Part shown: positions 37,311-48,092 of the stretch, in pieces | Layout of the letters: each line of letters opens with the position of its first letter | Numbering within the stretch: the stretch's first letter is position 1 | NCBI GenBank assembly: GCA_943787435.1 | Contig: CALSMK010000011.1 | Coordinates: forward strand, 3,813-67,812 | Direction: 5' to 3' | Source of the DNA: an uncultured Flavobacteriales bacterium | GTDB taxonomy: Bacteria; Bacteroidota; Bacteroidia; Flavobacteriales_D; Sanyastnellaceae | DNA: 64,000 bases | Notes under the pieces: model-generated | Databases searched by the model: none | Seen by the model: the letters and a program-made list of their open reading frames with translations, nothing else | What the model was told of the DNA's origin: nothing | Made by a program: the position numbers and the translations under genes

Positions 37311-37978
37311 TGCTCACTGTGGTGCCCACCCCCATTGGCAATCTCGGGGACTTTACACCCCGCGCCATTGAGGCCGTTGAGGCGTCTGATTTTGTGCTTG
37401 CAGAAGACACCCGCACAACGGGGTCACTGCTGAGATTGAAGGGCGTTGAGGCTCGCCTCAGGCCCTTCCACGCCCACAACGAACACAAGGTGTTGGAGGA
37501 GGTGGTCTCTTCGCTCCAGTCCGGCCTTCAGGCTTGCCTGTGCAGCGACGCGGGAACCCCTGGAATCAGCGACCCGGGTTTTTTGTTGGTTCGGGCTTGC
37601 ATTGAAGCGGGCGTCGAGGTCCAATGCTTGCCCGGTGCCACGGCCTTCGTTCCGGCCTTGGTGGTGAGCGGACTGCCGTGTGAGCGGTTCGTTTATGAAG
37701 GCTTTTTGCCGCATAAAAAAGGACGCCAAACCCGCCTCAAAGCATTGGCAGAAGAAGGAAGAACAACCGTGTTGTATGAGTCTCCCCACCGGGTGTTGAA
37801 GCTCATGGGAGAACTGTCCACTTTTTGTGGGCCTGAGCGTCAAATCAGCGTCAGTCGCGAGCTCAGTAAAAAATTCGAGCAGACCGTTCGCGGTACAGTG
37901 ACGGAAGTCGCGGCGCACTTTTCTGAACACCCGCCGAAAGGAGAGTTCGTCGTGGTGGTAGCGGGGAAGACAGATTGA
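37310..37978 (+). CDS. rsmI: 16S rRNA (cytidine1402-2'-O)-methyltransferase RsmI
   Basis: MLTVVPTPIGNLGDFTPRA...AEDTR...DAGTPGISDPG are tetrapyrrole-methylase-type RsmI motifs. Confidence 0.9.
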   Translation: MLTVVPTPIGNLGDFTPRAIEAVEASDFVLAEDTRTTGSLLRLKGVEARLRPFHAHNEHKVLEEVVSSLQSGLQACLCSDAGTPGISDPGFLLVRACIEAGVEVQCLPGATAFVPALVVSGLPCERFVYEGFLPHKKGRQTRLKALAEEGRTTVLYESPHRVLKLMGELSTFCGPERQISVSRELSKKFEQTVRGTVTEVAAHFSEHPPKGEFVVVVAGKTD

Positions 37979-37982
37979 AGGC

Positions 37983-39335
37983 TTAAAACAGGACCTTTTG
38001 TAGGTCTCCAACGCGGGTGACTCGAATGAGCTTTAAGCCTTTAGGAGGGGGGGGCTCGTTGTTGCCCAACCCACTCACCACGAGCTTTTCCATTCCCATT
38101 TTGGCCGCCTCTGCCATGCGCTGCTCCAACCTTGCGACTGGGCGGACCTCACCCGTGAGGCCCACTTCTCCGCACAACGCGGTCTTGGGGTTCAGCGTCA
38201 GGTCGAGCGTACTGCTTAGAATGGCCCCTACAACGGCCAAATCGATGCCGGGGTCTTCCAATCGAATGCCCCCGGCCAGGTTCAGAAAAACGTCAGAGGC
38301 ACCGAGTTTGAACCCACACCGCTTTTCCAGGACCGCCAAGAGCATGTTGAGGCGACGAAGGTTGTAACCTGTCGCAGAACGCTGAGGGGTGCCGTAAACG
38401 GCACTGCTCACCAAGGCTTGAATCTCGACGGTCAAAGGGCGGGCGCCTTCTATGGCCACGGCCAATGCCGTGCCGCTCAGGCGCGAGTCCGCATCGCCAA
38501 GCAAGGCTCCAGACGGATCGGTCACAGGGTGAAGCCCGTCTCCCCGCATTTCGAAAATTCCAATCTCTTGGGTAGAGCCAAATCGGTTTTTGACCGCCCT
38601 CAAAATCCGGTAGGCATGGTGGCGGTCACCTTCGAAAGTCAAGACCACATCCACCATGTGCTCCAGCACCTTTGGTCCAGCGATGGCGCCTTCTTTGGTG
38701 ATGTGGCCGATCAGAACCACTGGCAATTGTAGGGGCTTGGCGGCCAGGATGAGTTCTGCGGTGGATTCGCGGACTTGTGCAACACTTCCCGGTGCGCTTT
38801 CCACCCGAGGAGTGTGCAGGGTCTGTATGGAGTCCACAAAAAGCAGATCCGGCTTGTGCTCTTTGACGGCCCTGACAATGCCCTCCGTAGAGGTTTCTGG
38901 GAGAATCAAAAGTTCTGGCCCCAAGTCTCCCAATCGGTCGGCGCGAAGCCGGACTTGTTCGGGGCTTTCCTCTCCGGAAACGTACAAAACCTTGCCTGCC
39001 GCTTTCATGGCGGTCTGAAGGCTCAAGGTGGATTTCCCAATTCCGGGTTCTCCACCCAAGAGGACCAGTGCCCCAGGCACCAAACCACCACCCAAGACAC
39101 GGTCAAACTCACTTTCGCCAGTGCCAATGCGGTGGCTGGTTTGTTCAGTGTAGTCGATCAGTGGCCGCGCCTCAGCAACACCAGCAGCGACCGCAGCCCT
39201 TTCCATCCGCGGATTCGCAGACTCTTTGAATTCATTGACTGTATTCCAAGCCTTGCAGCTGGGACAGCGTCCGACCCATTGGCCAGTCACATGCCCGCAG
39301 TCACTGCAGACGAAGTGCGTTCTGGACTTCGCCAC
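37983..39335 (-). CDS. radA: DNA repair protein RadA (Sms)
   Basis: Zinc finger FVCSDCG...CPSC, Walker A GGEPGIGKST, and a Lon-like C-terminal domain. The start is GTG (MAKS...). Confidence 0.95.
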   Translation of the reverse strand: MAKSRTHFVCSDCGHVTGQWVGRCPSCKAWNTVNEFKESANPRMERAAVAAGVAEARPLIDYTEQTSHRIGTGESEFDRVLGGGLVPGALVLLGGEPGIGKSTLSLQTAMKAAGKVLYVSGEESPEQVRLRADRLGDLGPELLILPETSTEGIVRAVKEHKPDLLFVDSIQTLHTPRVESAPGSVAQVRESTAELILAAKPLQLPVVLIGHITKEGAIAGPKVLEHMVDVVLTFEGDRHHAYRILRAVKNRFGSTQEIGIFEMRGDGLHPVTDPSGALLGDADSRLSGTALAVAIEGARPLTVEIQALVSSAVYGTPQRSATGYNLRRLNMLLAVLEKRCGFKLGASDVFLNLAGGIRLEDPGIDLAVVGAILSSTLDLTLNPKTALCGEVGLTGEVRPVARLEQRMAEAAKMGMEKLVVSGLGNNEPPPPKGLKLIRVTRVGDLQKVLF

Positions 39336-39344
39336 GGGGCTGAA

Positions 39345-42300
39345 TCAACGGGCGATCATGACGCTACCGCTGAAGTCTCGGCCGTTCGGCAAGCTCAGCA
39401 AGTAGTAGTGGGTTCCAGAAGAAACGTCTCGGGCATTCCACAGGTTGTCATAGTTCTCTGAATAGAAGACTTGGTTGCCCCAACGGTCATAGACGGCTAA
39501 AATGGCTCCGTCGTATTTGAGCAGTCCCTTGATTTCGAACGTGTCGTTTTTGCCAAAGGACCCTTCCGCCGTTCCCGGGGTGAAGATGTTGGGGATGATG
39601 ATGTCACAGTTGTCCCACTCCACTTGCCAGGTCCCAGAAACGCCGCCTGTAGAGCAAGGGTTGTAGCCCGTTCCAGTCAAAATCAACGGTGAATTGTAGT
39701 ACGAGGAATCCAACAGGTTGTCGAATTGGGCCGTGGTAAAGGTGGTCTCGTCGGCATTCAAACCAGGAATTTGAATCGCAGAGTTGGCTTGGTTGGCCAC
39801 CTCAATGGTCCAATTCCATTCCACCGCAAAGGTCGAATTGATTTGGAAGGTGTTCGGAATCTCTGGACACAAGAACAGGGGCCCTTCTGATGGAAGAAGA
39901 ACGGGTTGTGGTGTTCCGACTTCTACAGGGTATCCCATCCACACAAATGTGCTGTCCTCAAACGAGGTGCATCCCAGTGGGTCTTCGAAAGTGGCGGAGA
40001 GCCATTCATTGTGGTGTGGGACAAACGTTGCGGTATAGGTGTCTGACACCGTTCCGTCTTCCCAAGTGACCGTCCAATCGTTGTCGGTCAGGGGGTCCAC
40101 CAGAACGGTGTTTCCACCTTCACAATCCAAGCTGTAGGCTGGGAGAGGATTGGGGATGGGAACAAAAATCTGGACCTCTGCGCAGGCTTCTGTGGTTCCG
40201 CATTCATTGCTTGCCTCGATGCAGTAATCCCCGGCCTCGTCAGCGGTCAAAATCGCTTCGTCTTCGCCGTTGATGGTGCCATTGTTGAAGGTCCAGGACA
40301 GGTCGGCGTCATCTGAGGGGTCGAGTCCAGAATCCAAAATCACTTCGGTGCCGTCTTCGCAAACGATCACATCCTCCAGCTCAGGATCGGCCTGATTGGA
40401 TGTCAGGATGGTGAAGGGGAAGTCCAAGGTGCCACAGAGGTTGCTCAGGGTGACCGAGAGGTCATACTCTCCTTCACCGTTGAACTCATACTCGGCAAAC
40501 AGGCCTTGTGAGCTGTTGGCTTGTGGCCAATCAATGGGGTCAAGGGTACCTTGGAAAGTGGTGTCCATTTGGAAATTGACAGCCTCACCATCGCACAAGA
40601 GGTAGGTGTTGTCGTCCACAAGGTTGTTGGCTGGGCCAATCAGCTCTCCAGTTGGCGTGGTGCTGGTCTCCATTTCATAACAAGCGCTGTAACCGCAGTT
40701 GTCATCCGTGAAGCACACCTCGTAAATCCCCAATCCGCTGGTGGGGGTGAAAAAGGTGTTGAATTCAGTGGGGTCAGAGAAGAATCCGGTTCCGACACCA
40801 ACGCTCCATGTTCCACCGACAGGGTCGACAACACAGTCGGCTGTGGCGGAGTAGACAAGACCGCCATCGGCAGGCAAGTCGTCCACCGGCTCTGGGTTGG
40901 TGGTGGTGCAGTTGTATACCGTGAAACTGAAGTCATCTACCGGGGCGTTTGCTCCGGTCACCAGCGTGATTTCCACCAAATCTCCCAAAGAGACCTCAAT
41001 GTCTGTGTGCGCGGTAAAGACTTCGAAGCTGGCCAAGACATAATTGCTTTCAACGCCATCGGCATCGGTGATGACGACTTCCAGGAAGTTGTCTCCTCCC
41101 CAACCCGTAGGTTCTGAGGAAGTCATGTAAACCAAGAGGGGGCCGGCATCTGGTGTGGTGTATCCACCTTCGAATTGAACGCTGTAAAGGCTGTCACAAA
41201 CAGGAGGGATGGTGATGTCGGGGATCACCTGGGTGACTTGCTCCACGTTGAAGACGCGCTGACCTTGACAGCCATCGTCATTGGTGATCAGGATTCGGAA
41301 AGAACCAGGGGTGACACCAATGGAGGTGTCTCCAGGAATCACAATCTCGCCACCAGCACCATTCCAATCGCCGTCCCATTCATACTCCACAAAGGAGTCC
41401 ATGTCGGGGTCGCAAACGGTCACAATGGCCGTGTCATCTCCACAAATGGGGTTGGGTTCGATGCAGACATCTGGCAAGAAGTACAGGCTTTGATCAATGA
41501 AGAAGTCTTGCGAGGCTGAGCATCCTTCATCAATGGATGCCGTTACGGTGAAGGTGCCGCCAAACTCGTAGGTGCATTCGGGCCCAAAGCAACCCAAGGA
41601 CCAGAAGTAGCTGTCAAAATCGTCGTTGCAGGTGATGGTGGTCTCTTGACCCGAACAAATGCTGAAGTCTCCTTCGACCGAAAGAGAGGGGAGGACAATG
41701 TCAATGACTTCCACAACAAAACTCAAGCTTGTAGAGGCCGTTGGGGTGCCGTCGTCTGTGGCAGTGATGTTTAAATTGTAAATCCCCACGTTGTCCTCCG
41801 TGCCAGCGAGAAAGGCATCGAGGTAGGTCACACCGTTTTCGACGTAAGTCCCATTGTTGGTCACCGCGTCCAAGTCTGTGAGCTCGATGCTGATGGTTTG
41901 TCCAGGCTCGGGGGCCAAGAAGCCAAGGTTGAGGTCAAGGGTGTCGTTCAGGCACACAAACAGCGTGTCATCACACCCACCTCCTGGGGTTTCCGTGGCA
42001 ATGGGGGGCTGGTTGGGGTCAGACCCCGAAACGTTGACACACAGGTCTTTTCCGTTGAGCCACATGCAGCCATCTTGTTCGCCTTCACCTCCGCCATAAG
42101 GGCCATTGTAGCTGTCGTCTGTGAAGTTGAAGCGTCCGAACTGAACGAATTCATCGTCGTTGTTTAGCACGTCGATGCCCACCGTGGCAGGATCCGGTCC
42201 GCAGCATCCCCCTTCTCCACCCACATCACCGTGGGCCCACTCCATGTTCTCGTAGCACATCTGAACGTTGGCTGCTCCGCCACCAATGGCAACGGACCCG

Positions 42301-42977
42301 TCTTCAGAAAACACAATCTGATAACTGACGGTCCGCTCGTCGTGGTTGTTGTAGTAGCCCACATCCACCCAGTTCACGTAAACCGCAGTAGGTGTAATGC
42401 GATAGAAAATATCGCCAGTCAGTCGGTAGTCCGCATCACCCCAGTACCCAGAAATGATGTTGTAATTGGCGTCTGGAAGCTCTTCTGGTGTCCAGTCAAT
42501 GACGGGTTCTGAAAATGAAATCAGGCCCTTGGAGTTGATGTAGAACTCATCAAACTCCAACCCGAAAAGGTTGAATGTGAAGGGCAGTGAAAGGGGGCCA
42601 TGGGAGTAGTCCACATCAATTCCAGCACCTCCAGTGAATTGCTGCATTTCCGGAGTAATCTCCGTGTAGGTCTCGTCGGGTTCAATCCAGCATTCACAAG
42701 AGCCAGAACGCAAGAGGCGCTGCTGTTTGCGGGCTTCCTTCCGCGCGAGGTACTCAGGCGTGTTTTGGTGGCGCTTGATGACCGCGATGACCGCTTCCTG
42801 GTCGTACCCTTCCCAGGAGCGGTAAGTCTCCCATTCTGTGCGGTCCATCATCATGACGGCGAATTCAAAACCACCGTATTTACTGTGGATGGACTCAATT
42901 TCTGTGGGCAAAACCTCTTGGGCATTGCTGAACGCTGAAATTGAAAGTATACCGAAGGCGATGAGTAAGGCTCTCAT
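39345..42977 (-). CDS. 1210-aa T9SS type-B CTD surface protein with an N-terminal NIDO (nidogen)-like domain
   Basis: Signal peptide MRALLIAFGILSISAFSNAQ. Residues ~128-235 read FYINSKGLISF...ISGYWGDADYRLTGDIFYR...VNWVDVGYY...SYQIVFSEDGS, which is NIDO-like. The C-terminus is IIPNIFTPG...FEIKG...VYDRWGNQV...GTHYYLL. Confidence 0.8.
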   Translation of the reverse strand: MRALLIAFGILSISAFSNAQEVLPTEIESIHSKYGGFEFAVMMMDRTEWETYRSWEGYDQEAVIAVIKRHQNTPEYLARKEARKQQRLLRSGSCECWIEPDETYTEITPEMQQFTGGAGIDVDYSHGPLSLPFTFNLFGLEFDEFYINSKGLISFSEPVIDWTPEELPDANYNIISGYWGDADYRLTGDIFYRITPTAVYVNWVDVGYYNNHDERTVSYQIVFSEDGSVAIGGGAANVQMCYENMEWAHGDVGGEGGCCGPDPATVGIDVLNNDDEFVQFGRFNFTDDSYNGPYGGGEGEQDGCMWLNGKDLCVNVSGSDPNQPPIATETPGGGCDDTLFVCLNDTLDLNLGFLAPEPGQTISIELTDLDAVTNNGTYVENGVTYLDAFLAGTEDNVGIYNLNITATDDGTPTASTSLSFVVEVIDIVLPSLSVEGDFSICSGQETTITCNDDFDSYFWSLGCFGPECTYEFGGTFTVTASIDEGCSASQDFFIDQSLYFLPDVCIEPNPICGDDTAIVTVCDPDMDSFVEYEWDGDWNGAGGEIVIPGDTSIGVTPGSFRILITNDDGCQGQRVFNVEQVTQVIPDITIPPVCDSLYSVQFEGGYTTPDAGPLLVYMTSSEPTGWGGDNFLEVVITDADGVESNYVLASFEVFTAHTDIEVSLGDLVEITLVTGANAPVDDFSFTVYNCTTTNPEPVDDLPADGGLVYSATADCVVDPVGGTWSVGVGTGFFSDPTEFNTFFTPTSGLGIYEVCFTDDNCGYSACYEMETSTTPTGELIGPANNLVDDNTYLLCDGEAVNFQMDTTFQGTLDPIDWPQANSSQGLFAEYEFNGEGEYDLSVTLSNLCGTLDFPFTILTSNQADPELEDVIVCEDGTEVILDSGLDPSDDADLSWTFNNGTINGEDEAILTADEAGDYCIEASNECGTTEACAEVQIFVPIPNPLPAYSLDCEGGNTVLVDPLTDNDWTVTWEDGTVSDTYTATFVPHHNEWLSATFEDPLGCTSFEDSTFVWMGYPVEVGTPQPVLLPSEGPLFLCPEIPNTFQINSTFAVEWNWTIEVANQANSAIQIPGLNADETTFTTAQFDNLLDSSYYNSPLILTGTGYNPCSTGGVSGTWQVEWDNCDIIIPNIFTPGTAEGSFGKNDTFEIKGLLKYDGAILAVYDRWGNQVFYSENYDNLWNARDVSSGTHYYLLSLPNGRDFSGSVMIAR

Positions 42978-43146
42978 TGGATGTTGTGGTTCTCGCGGGG
43001 GGGCGCAATATACTGAAGCTGATGTCCTAAAAACACCTACACCGCAGTAAGCGTTGCTTAGTGAGGCATTCCTGGCGGTAAATCAGCAATTTGGGGTCCT
43101 TGACAGGCCCTTTGTTGGCTTGGCGAGCCGTACTTTTACCAAGCCC

Positions 43147-44934
43147 ATGAACAACATCCGGAACTTCTGCATCATCGCCCACATTGATCACGGGAAAAGC
43201 ACCTTGGCAGACCGCCTCCTTCAGCAGACCGGTACAGTGAGCGATCGCCAGCTGCAAGAGCAGACGCTGGACGACATGGACCTGGAGCGTGAGCGCGGGA
43301 TCACGATCAAGAGTCATGCGATTCAGATGAAGTATACCCGCGATGGCCAAGAATATGTGCTCAACCTCATTGACACCCCAGGCCACGTGGACTTCAGTTA
43401 TGAGGTGAGCCGATCGATTGCCGCATGCGAAGGGGCATTGCTCATTGTTGACGCGACTCAGGGCATTGAGGCCCAGACCATTTCGAATCTGTACTTGGCG
43501 ATTGAGCACGACTTGGAAATCATTCCCGTGCTCAACAAAATGGATTTGCCAAGCGCAGACCCTGAGGAAGTGATGGATCAAATCGTGGACCTCATCGGTT
43601 GCGATGTCGAGGACATTTTGCCGGCCAGCGGAAAAACAGGTCTGGGCGTAGACAAACTTTTAGAGGCGATTGTGGACCGGGTTCCGGCGCCAAAGGGAGA
43701 CAACAGTGCACCGCTTCAGGCCATGGTGTTTGACTCTGTGTTCAATTCATTCCGGGGAATCATCGCCTATTTCCGAGTTCTCAATGGAGAAATCAAGAAA
43801 GGAGATCGCGTCCGCTTTTTCAACACGGGAAGGGAATACAACGCCGATGAAATTGGTGTCCTTGGGTTGGATTTGATTCCTGAGAAATCTTTGGGAACAG
43901 GGAGTGTCGGCTACATCATTTCTGGCATCAAAGACGCAAAAGAGGTCAAGGTGGGGGACACACTGACCCTTGCCGCATCTCCATGTGAGGAGGCTGTTCA
44001 AGGATTTGAAGACGTGAAACCCATGGTGTTTGCCGGGATTTATCCCGTCGACACAGAGGACTACGAGGAGCTGAGATACAGCATGGAGAAGCTTCAGCTG
44101 AACGACGCATCGTTGGTGTTTGAGCCAGAGAGTTCAGCGGCCCTTGGTTTTGGATTTCGCTGTGGGTTCCTCGGCATGTTGCACATGGAAATAGTGCAAG
44201 AGCGCTTGGAGCGGGAGTTCAACATGATTGTGATCACAACGGTCCCCAACGTGAGTTACATCTGCCACCCCAAGAAGGGGGAGCCCTTGGTCATCAACAA
44301 CCCTTCTGAGTTGCCAGACCCAAGCAAGCTCGATCACGTTGAGGAGCCTTTCATCAAGGCCCAAATCATCACCAAGGCAGAATATGTGGGGTCCATCATG
44401 ACCCTGTGCATTTCCAAGCGCGGCGTTCTGCACAACCAAGTTTACCTCACATCGGATCGCGTGGAGCTGTCCTTCTCCATGCCGCTTGGCGAAATCGTAT
44501 TCGATTTTTACGACAAGCTTAAGAGTGTGTCTCGGGGCTACGCGTCGTTTGACTACTTCCCAGAGGACTACCAACCTTCTCAGTTGGTGAAATTGGACAT
44601 CTTGATCAATGGAGACCAAGTGGACGCATTGTCTGCTCTGGTTCACCGTTCCAATGCATTTGAGTTGGGCAAAAAGATTTGTGCCAAGCTCAAAGAGTTG
44701 ATCCCACGTCAGCAGTTCATGATTGCACTGCAGGCGGCCATTGGCGCAAAGATCATCGCCCGAGAAACCATCAAGCCGGTTCGAAAGGATGTAACCGCCA
44801 AGTGTTACGGTGGTGACATCACCCGAAAGCGGAAGCTTTTGGAAAAGCAGAAGAAAGGAAAGAAGCGCATGCGCCAAGTGGGCTCAGTGGAAGTTCCCCA
44901 AGAAGCTTTCTTGGCCGTCTTGAAGCTGGACTAA
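43147..44934 (+). CDS. lepA: translation elongation factor 4 (LepA)
   Basis: [25 protein letters not shown] and DTPGHVDF are present, with full-length similarity as I recognise it. Confidence 0.97.
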   Translation: MNNIRNFCIIAHIDHGKSTLADRLLQQTGTVSDRQLQEQTLDDMDLERERGITIKSHAIQMKYTRDGQEYVLNLIDTPGHVDFSYEVSRSIAACEGALLIVDATQGIEAQTISNLYLAIEHDLEIIPVLNKMDLPSADPEEVMDQIVDLIGCDVEDILPASGKTGLGVDKLLEAIVDRVPAPKGDNSAPLQAMVFDSVFNSFRGIIAYFRVLNGEIKKGDRVRFFNTGREYNADEIGVLGLDLIPEKSLGTGSVGYIISGIKDAKEVKVGDTLTLAASPCEEAVQGFEDVKPMVFAGIYPVDTEDYEELRYSMEKLQLNDASLVFEPESSAALGFGFRCGFLGMLHMEIVQERLEREFNMIVITTVPNVSYICHPKKGEPLVINNPSELPDPSKLDHVEEPFIKAQIITKAEYVGSIMTLCISKRGVLHNQVYLTSDRVELSFSMPLGEIVFDFYDKLKSVSRGYASFDYFPEDYQPSQLVKLDILINGDQVDALSALVHRSNAFELGKKICAKLKELIPRQQFMIALQAAIGAKIIARETIKPVRKDVTAKCYGGDITRKRKLLEKQKKGKKRMRQVGSVEVPQEAFLAVLKLD

Positions 44935-44937
44935 CTG

Positions 44938-44953
44938 AGCCTGACGTCAGGCT
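44938..44953. terminator. perfect 16-nt palindrome AGCCTGACGTCAGGCT between convergent lepA and rlmN (possible bidirectional hairpin)
   Basis: Read directly. It starts 3 nt after the lepA stop and covers the rlmN stop codon. There is no T tract. Confidence 0.35.
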
Positions 44954-46008
44954 TGTCTCGAGGCCAACTTGTTTTTGTTCGCCAACTGTCCGCAAGCGGC
45001 ATCGATGTCTTCCCCCCTTGAGCGGCGGACATTCACGATCATGTTGAATTTGTTTTCAAGGAAGTCCTTGAACTCATCGGTTTTGGTCTGATCCGATTTT
45101 TGGAACAGGGCATCATCGATGGGGTTGTATTCGATGAGGTTCACCTTGCACGGAACGCAGGAGGCAAAACGAGCGAGGTCTCGTGCGTCTTCAATGTCGT
45201 CGTTGAAACCGCCCAAAAGGATGTACTCAAACGTGACACGGGTGCCTGTTTTTTCGTGGAAATGCACCAACGCGTCTCTCAGGCTGGAGAGGTCGTTGGT
45301 CTCATTGATTTCCATGATTCGGTTTCGCTTTTCATCCTCAGCCGCATGCAAACTGAGGGCAAGGTTGAATTTGACTTCATCGTCGCCCAGCTTGTGGATC
45401 ATTTTCGCAATGCCGGCTGTGGAGACGGTGATTCGCTTGGGGCTCATGCCCAACCCGGGTGTTCCCGTGATTCGGTTCACGGACTCCAGCACGTTTCGGT
45501 AATTCAGCAAAGGCTCTCCCATGCCCATGTAAACGATGTTGGTGAGCGCGTGTTGGTGGTGGTGCTCAGCCAAATGTGCAATGTGTCGGACCTGGTCCAC
45601 AATCTCTCCAGCGGTGAGGTTTCTGAGAAGCTTGAGTCTGCCTGTTGCACAGAATGCACAAGACAGGCTACAGCCGACTTGGCTGCTGATGCAGGCCGTC
45701 ATTCGGTCTCGTGCAGGAATCAAAACCCCTTCGACCACTTTTCCCGGCTCGATGGGAAAGGCGCATTTGACCGTGCCATCACGGCTCACTTGCTCTTCTT
45801 CGGGAGCGACAGGCGACAATGTATACGTGTCTCCAAGAGCGTCGCGGAGCCCTTGTGGCAGGTTGGTCATTTCTGAGAACCCACGGGCCCCTTTGGTCCA
45901 AATCCACTCTGAGATTTGCTTGCTGCGAAAAGCCGGCTGTCCCAAGTCAACCAGGGCAGAACGCAAAGCCTCATCGCCCAAAGTGCGGATGTCAATCAAT
46001 GAAGACAT
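44947..46008 (-). CDS. rlmN: 23S rRNA/tRNA (adenine-C2)-methyltransferase RlmN
   Basis: CISSQVGCSLSCAFCATG radical-SAM motif, followed by ...VNLIEYNP... Confidence 0.95.
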   Translation of the reverse strand: MSSLIDIRTLGDEALRSALVDLGQPAFRSKQISEWIWTKGARGFSEMTNLPQGLRDALGDTYTLSPVAPEEEQVSRDGTVKCAFPIEPGKVVEGVLIPARDRMTACISSQVGCSLSCAFCATGRLKLLRNLTAGEIVDQVRHIAHLAEHHHQHALTNIVYMGMGEPLLNYRNVLESVNRITGTPGLGMSPKRITVSTAGIAKMIHKLGDDEVKFNLALSLHAAEDEKRNRIMEINETNDLSSLRDALVHFHEKTGTRVTFEYILLGGFNDDIEDARDLARFASCVPCKVNLIEYNPIDDALFQKSDQTKTDEFKDFLENKFNMIVNVRRSRGEDIDAACGQLANKNKLASRQA

Positions 46009-46044
46009 GATGCCGCGAAGTTAGGGCGGTGGGGTGCGTCTGCT

Positions 46045-46809
46045 TCAGATCATGGCCGTGTCCAACCCCGAAGCATCGTTGTCTGCGGACAGCAGCTCCG
46101 CCATTCGGCGCCGGAGGTCCTCCCTTTTGCGAACGGCCAGAGCGATTTCTTTGCCGTTGACCAAGGTGATGGAGTTGGTGCGGTAGTTGCACTGCCTGAT
46201 TTTATTCAAATGCACCAATTGGCTGTTGTGGACCCGAACAAATTTCGAGTTGTCGATGAGGCTCTCCACGTACTTCAGGTTCTTCGAGACCATGAGTCGG
46301 GTGCCATCAGTTTTGTAGATGCACGCATAGCTGCCGCTGGCTTCTACATGGAGGATTTCGGAGTGACGAATGAAGTGGCGTTGCCCAGAGGTGGTGATTT
46401 CCAGCTTGCGATGAAAGTCGCCGTTTTCAATCATCTTGATTCTGAAATGCTCGCGGATTCTGTCAGCACAAGATTTGAGGTCCACAGCGTCCACGGGCTT
46501 GAGGAGGTAGTCAAAAGCTTGTCTGCGAATGGCTTCGATGGCGTAGTCCTGATAGGTGGTATAGAAGACCACGTAGAATTCTCGATCGTCAAAGCGGTCA
46601 ATGAGGTCAAGACCTGATTCGAAGGGCATTCGAATGTCCACAAACACAATGTGCGGTCGGCCATTTCGGATGGCATCGTAACCGATTCGAGCATTCGGAG
46701 CTTGGTCAATCACGCGGATGAACGGGCAATGCCGTTCAATCTGACTGTGCAACACCTCACGGGCGGGCGCTTCATCATCTACGATGATGGCATCGAGCTG
46801 GGCATTCAT
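46045..46809 (-). CDS. LytTR family response regulator (no adjacent kinase)
   Basis: Receiver domain (AIIVDDE...VFVDIRMP...KP) plus LytTR domain (FVRVHNSQLVHLNKI). The ATG at 46809 was chosen; upstream in-frame ATGs at 46833-46845 are possible. Confidence 0.85.
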   Translation of the reverse strand: MNAQLDAIIVDDEAPAREVLHSQIERHCPFIRVIDQAPNARIGYDAIRNGRPHIVFVDIRMPFESGLDLIDRFDDREFYVVFYTTYQDYAIEAIRRQAFDYLLKPVDAVDLKSCADRIREHFRIKMIENGDFHRKLEITTSGQRHFIRHSEILHVEASGSYACIYKTDGTRLMVSKNLKYVESLIDNSKFVRVHNSQLVHLNKIRQCNYRTNSITLVNGKEIALAVRKREDLRRRMAELLSADNDASGLDTAMI

Positions 46810-46865
46810 TGGCGGACGATTTGGTTGTAGCATCATGGGAGTCATTTCCCACAAGCGTACAAAAC

Positions 46866-46897
46866 CAAATATACGCATTAGACTTGGTAAAATGCAA
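46866..46897 (-). promoter_or_regulatory. Bacteroidota-type promoter (TTG-N21-TATATTTG) for the orphan LytTR regulator
   Basis: On the minus strand, TTG is at 46897-46895 and TATATTTG at 46873-46866. The latter is an exact TAnnTTTG match. Confidence 0.4.
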
Positions 46898-46937
46898 ATT
46901 CGCAGACGATAGAATGCAGTTTGTAGTCGTATTACCT

Positions 46938-48092
46938 CTACCCGACCTGCTGAATAGCCCAATCTATCGTAAGATGAACGTCAATATCGATGTGTTCAAA
47001 TTTCTCTTTTGGACGCAGGAACCCGGTCCGAACAGCCACCAAATCGAGTTCGGGCACGGAAATGATGTATTGGCCATGAAGCCCCTGGTAGCTCATGAAC
47101 GCAAGGCCATTGTGCTTTCCCATCCAAACCTGATACCCATAATGTTGAATGTCGCTTCCGTCCGCAAGAGGGCCCACAGGGGCCATCAACCGCCCAATGA
47201 AATCTTTACTGATGACCTGTTGCCCCCCCACCTTTCCAGAGTCCAGAAGCAACTGACCCATGCGGGCATATTCGGAAGCAGTGGAGTAAAAGCAGGCGTA
47301 GTTGCGCTCGTGACCTTGGTTGTCGATGGCCCAGCAGGCTTCTTCGGTGGCTCCAATGGGCCCCCAGATCTTTTGGGAGAACCACTCCCCCAATGACACG
47401 TCAATCACAGAAAGCAAGATTTCTTGAAGCAACAAGGTGTTCCCTCCTTGGTACTTCCAAGTGGCACCAGCCTGGCCTTTGACCGGGATGTTTTTGAGGC
47501 GGTCAAGGATGTTGTCTCCGTAGGTGCACTTGGCCATGAAGCCAAAGGGGTTCTTGTAGTTTTCTCCAAAGGGGATGTTGGACCTCATTTGCAACACGTG
47601 CTCCACCGTTAAGTCCGCGTTTGACCCTTCCGAATACCGGGGCAGGTATTTGGACACGGGGTCTTTGACTGAGAGCAGTCCTTCTTGCTCTGCCGCTCCA
47701 ATGGCCAGCGCAGTGAAGGTCTTGGCCATAGAAAAGGAGTTGGTCCGCATGGTGTCTGCTCCTTGGATTCGATCCGAGACCCAGTCCACCTTGAGCGTGT
47801 CACGGTGAACGATGGCCAATGCTACCGTTTGAAATCGATGGGTCGAGTCCAGAATGCTTGGGGGGATGACCACGTCGTGGATGTTGGATGCTTTCGGCCA
47901 TGGCCCTGGGAGACGTGGACGGTGGAATTCGCGCCGAACGGTTTTAAACCTCAAGTCATCGACCTGAGCGTTTTTGTATCCTCGCAAATAGCATTCTTGA
48001 AGACCGGACCAGATATGGGTGTTGTCGGTGATGATGCTCAATGCATAAATCCCGAGGGGCAGAGCCAAGAACCAGAAGCGGCTTTTTTTCAT
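46938..48092 (-). CDS. serine hydrolase, beta-lactamase (class C/PBP-like) family
   Basis: SxxK motif in [15 protein letters not shown], plus an N-terminal signal/TM segment. Confidence 0.8.
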   Translation of the reverse strand: MKKSRFWFLALPLGIYALSIITDNTHIWSGLQECYLRGYKNAQVDDLRFKTVRREFHRPRLPGPWPKASNIHDVVIPPSILDSTHRFQTVALAIVHRDTLKVDWVSDRIQGADTMRTNSFSMAKTFTALAIGAAEQEGLLSVKDPVSKYLPRYSEGSNADLTVEHVLQMRSNIPFGENYKNPFGFMAKCTYGDNILDRLKNIPVKGQAGATWKYQGGNTLLLQEILLSVIDVSLGEWFSQKIWGPIGATEEACWAIDNQGHERNYACFYSTASEYARMGQLLLDSGKVGGQQVISKDFIGRLMAPVGPLADGSDIQHYGYQVWMGKHNGLAFMSYQGLHGQYIISVPELDLVAVRTGFLRPKEKFEHIDIDVHLTIDWAIQQVG

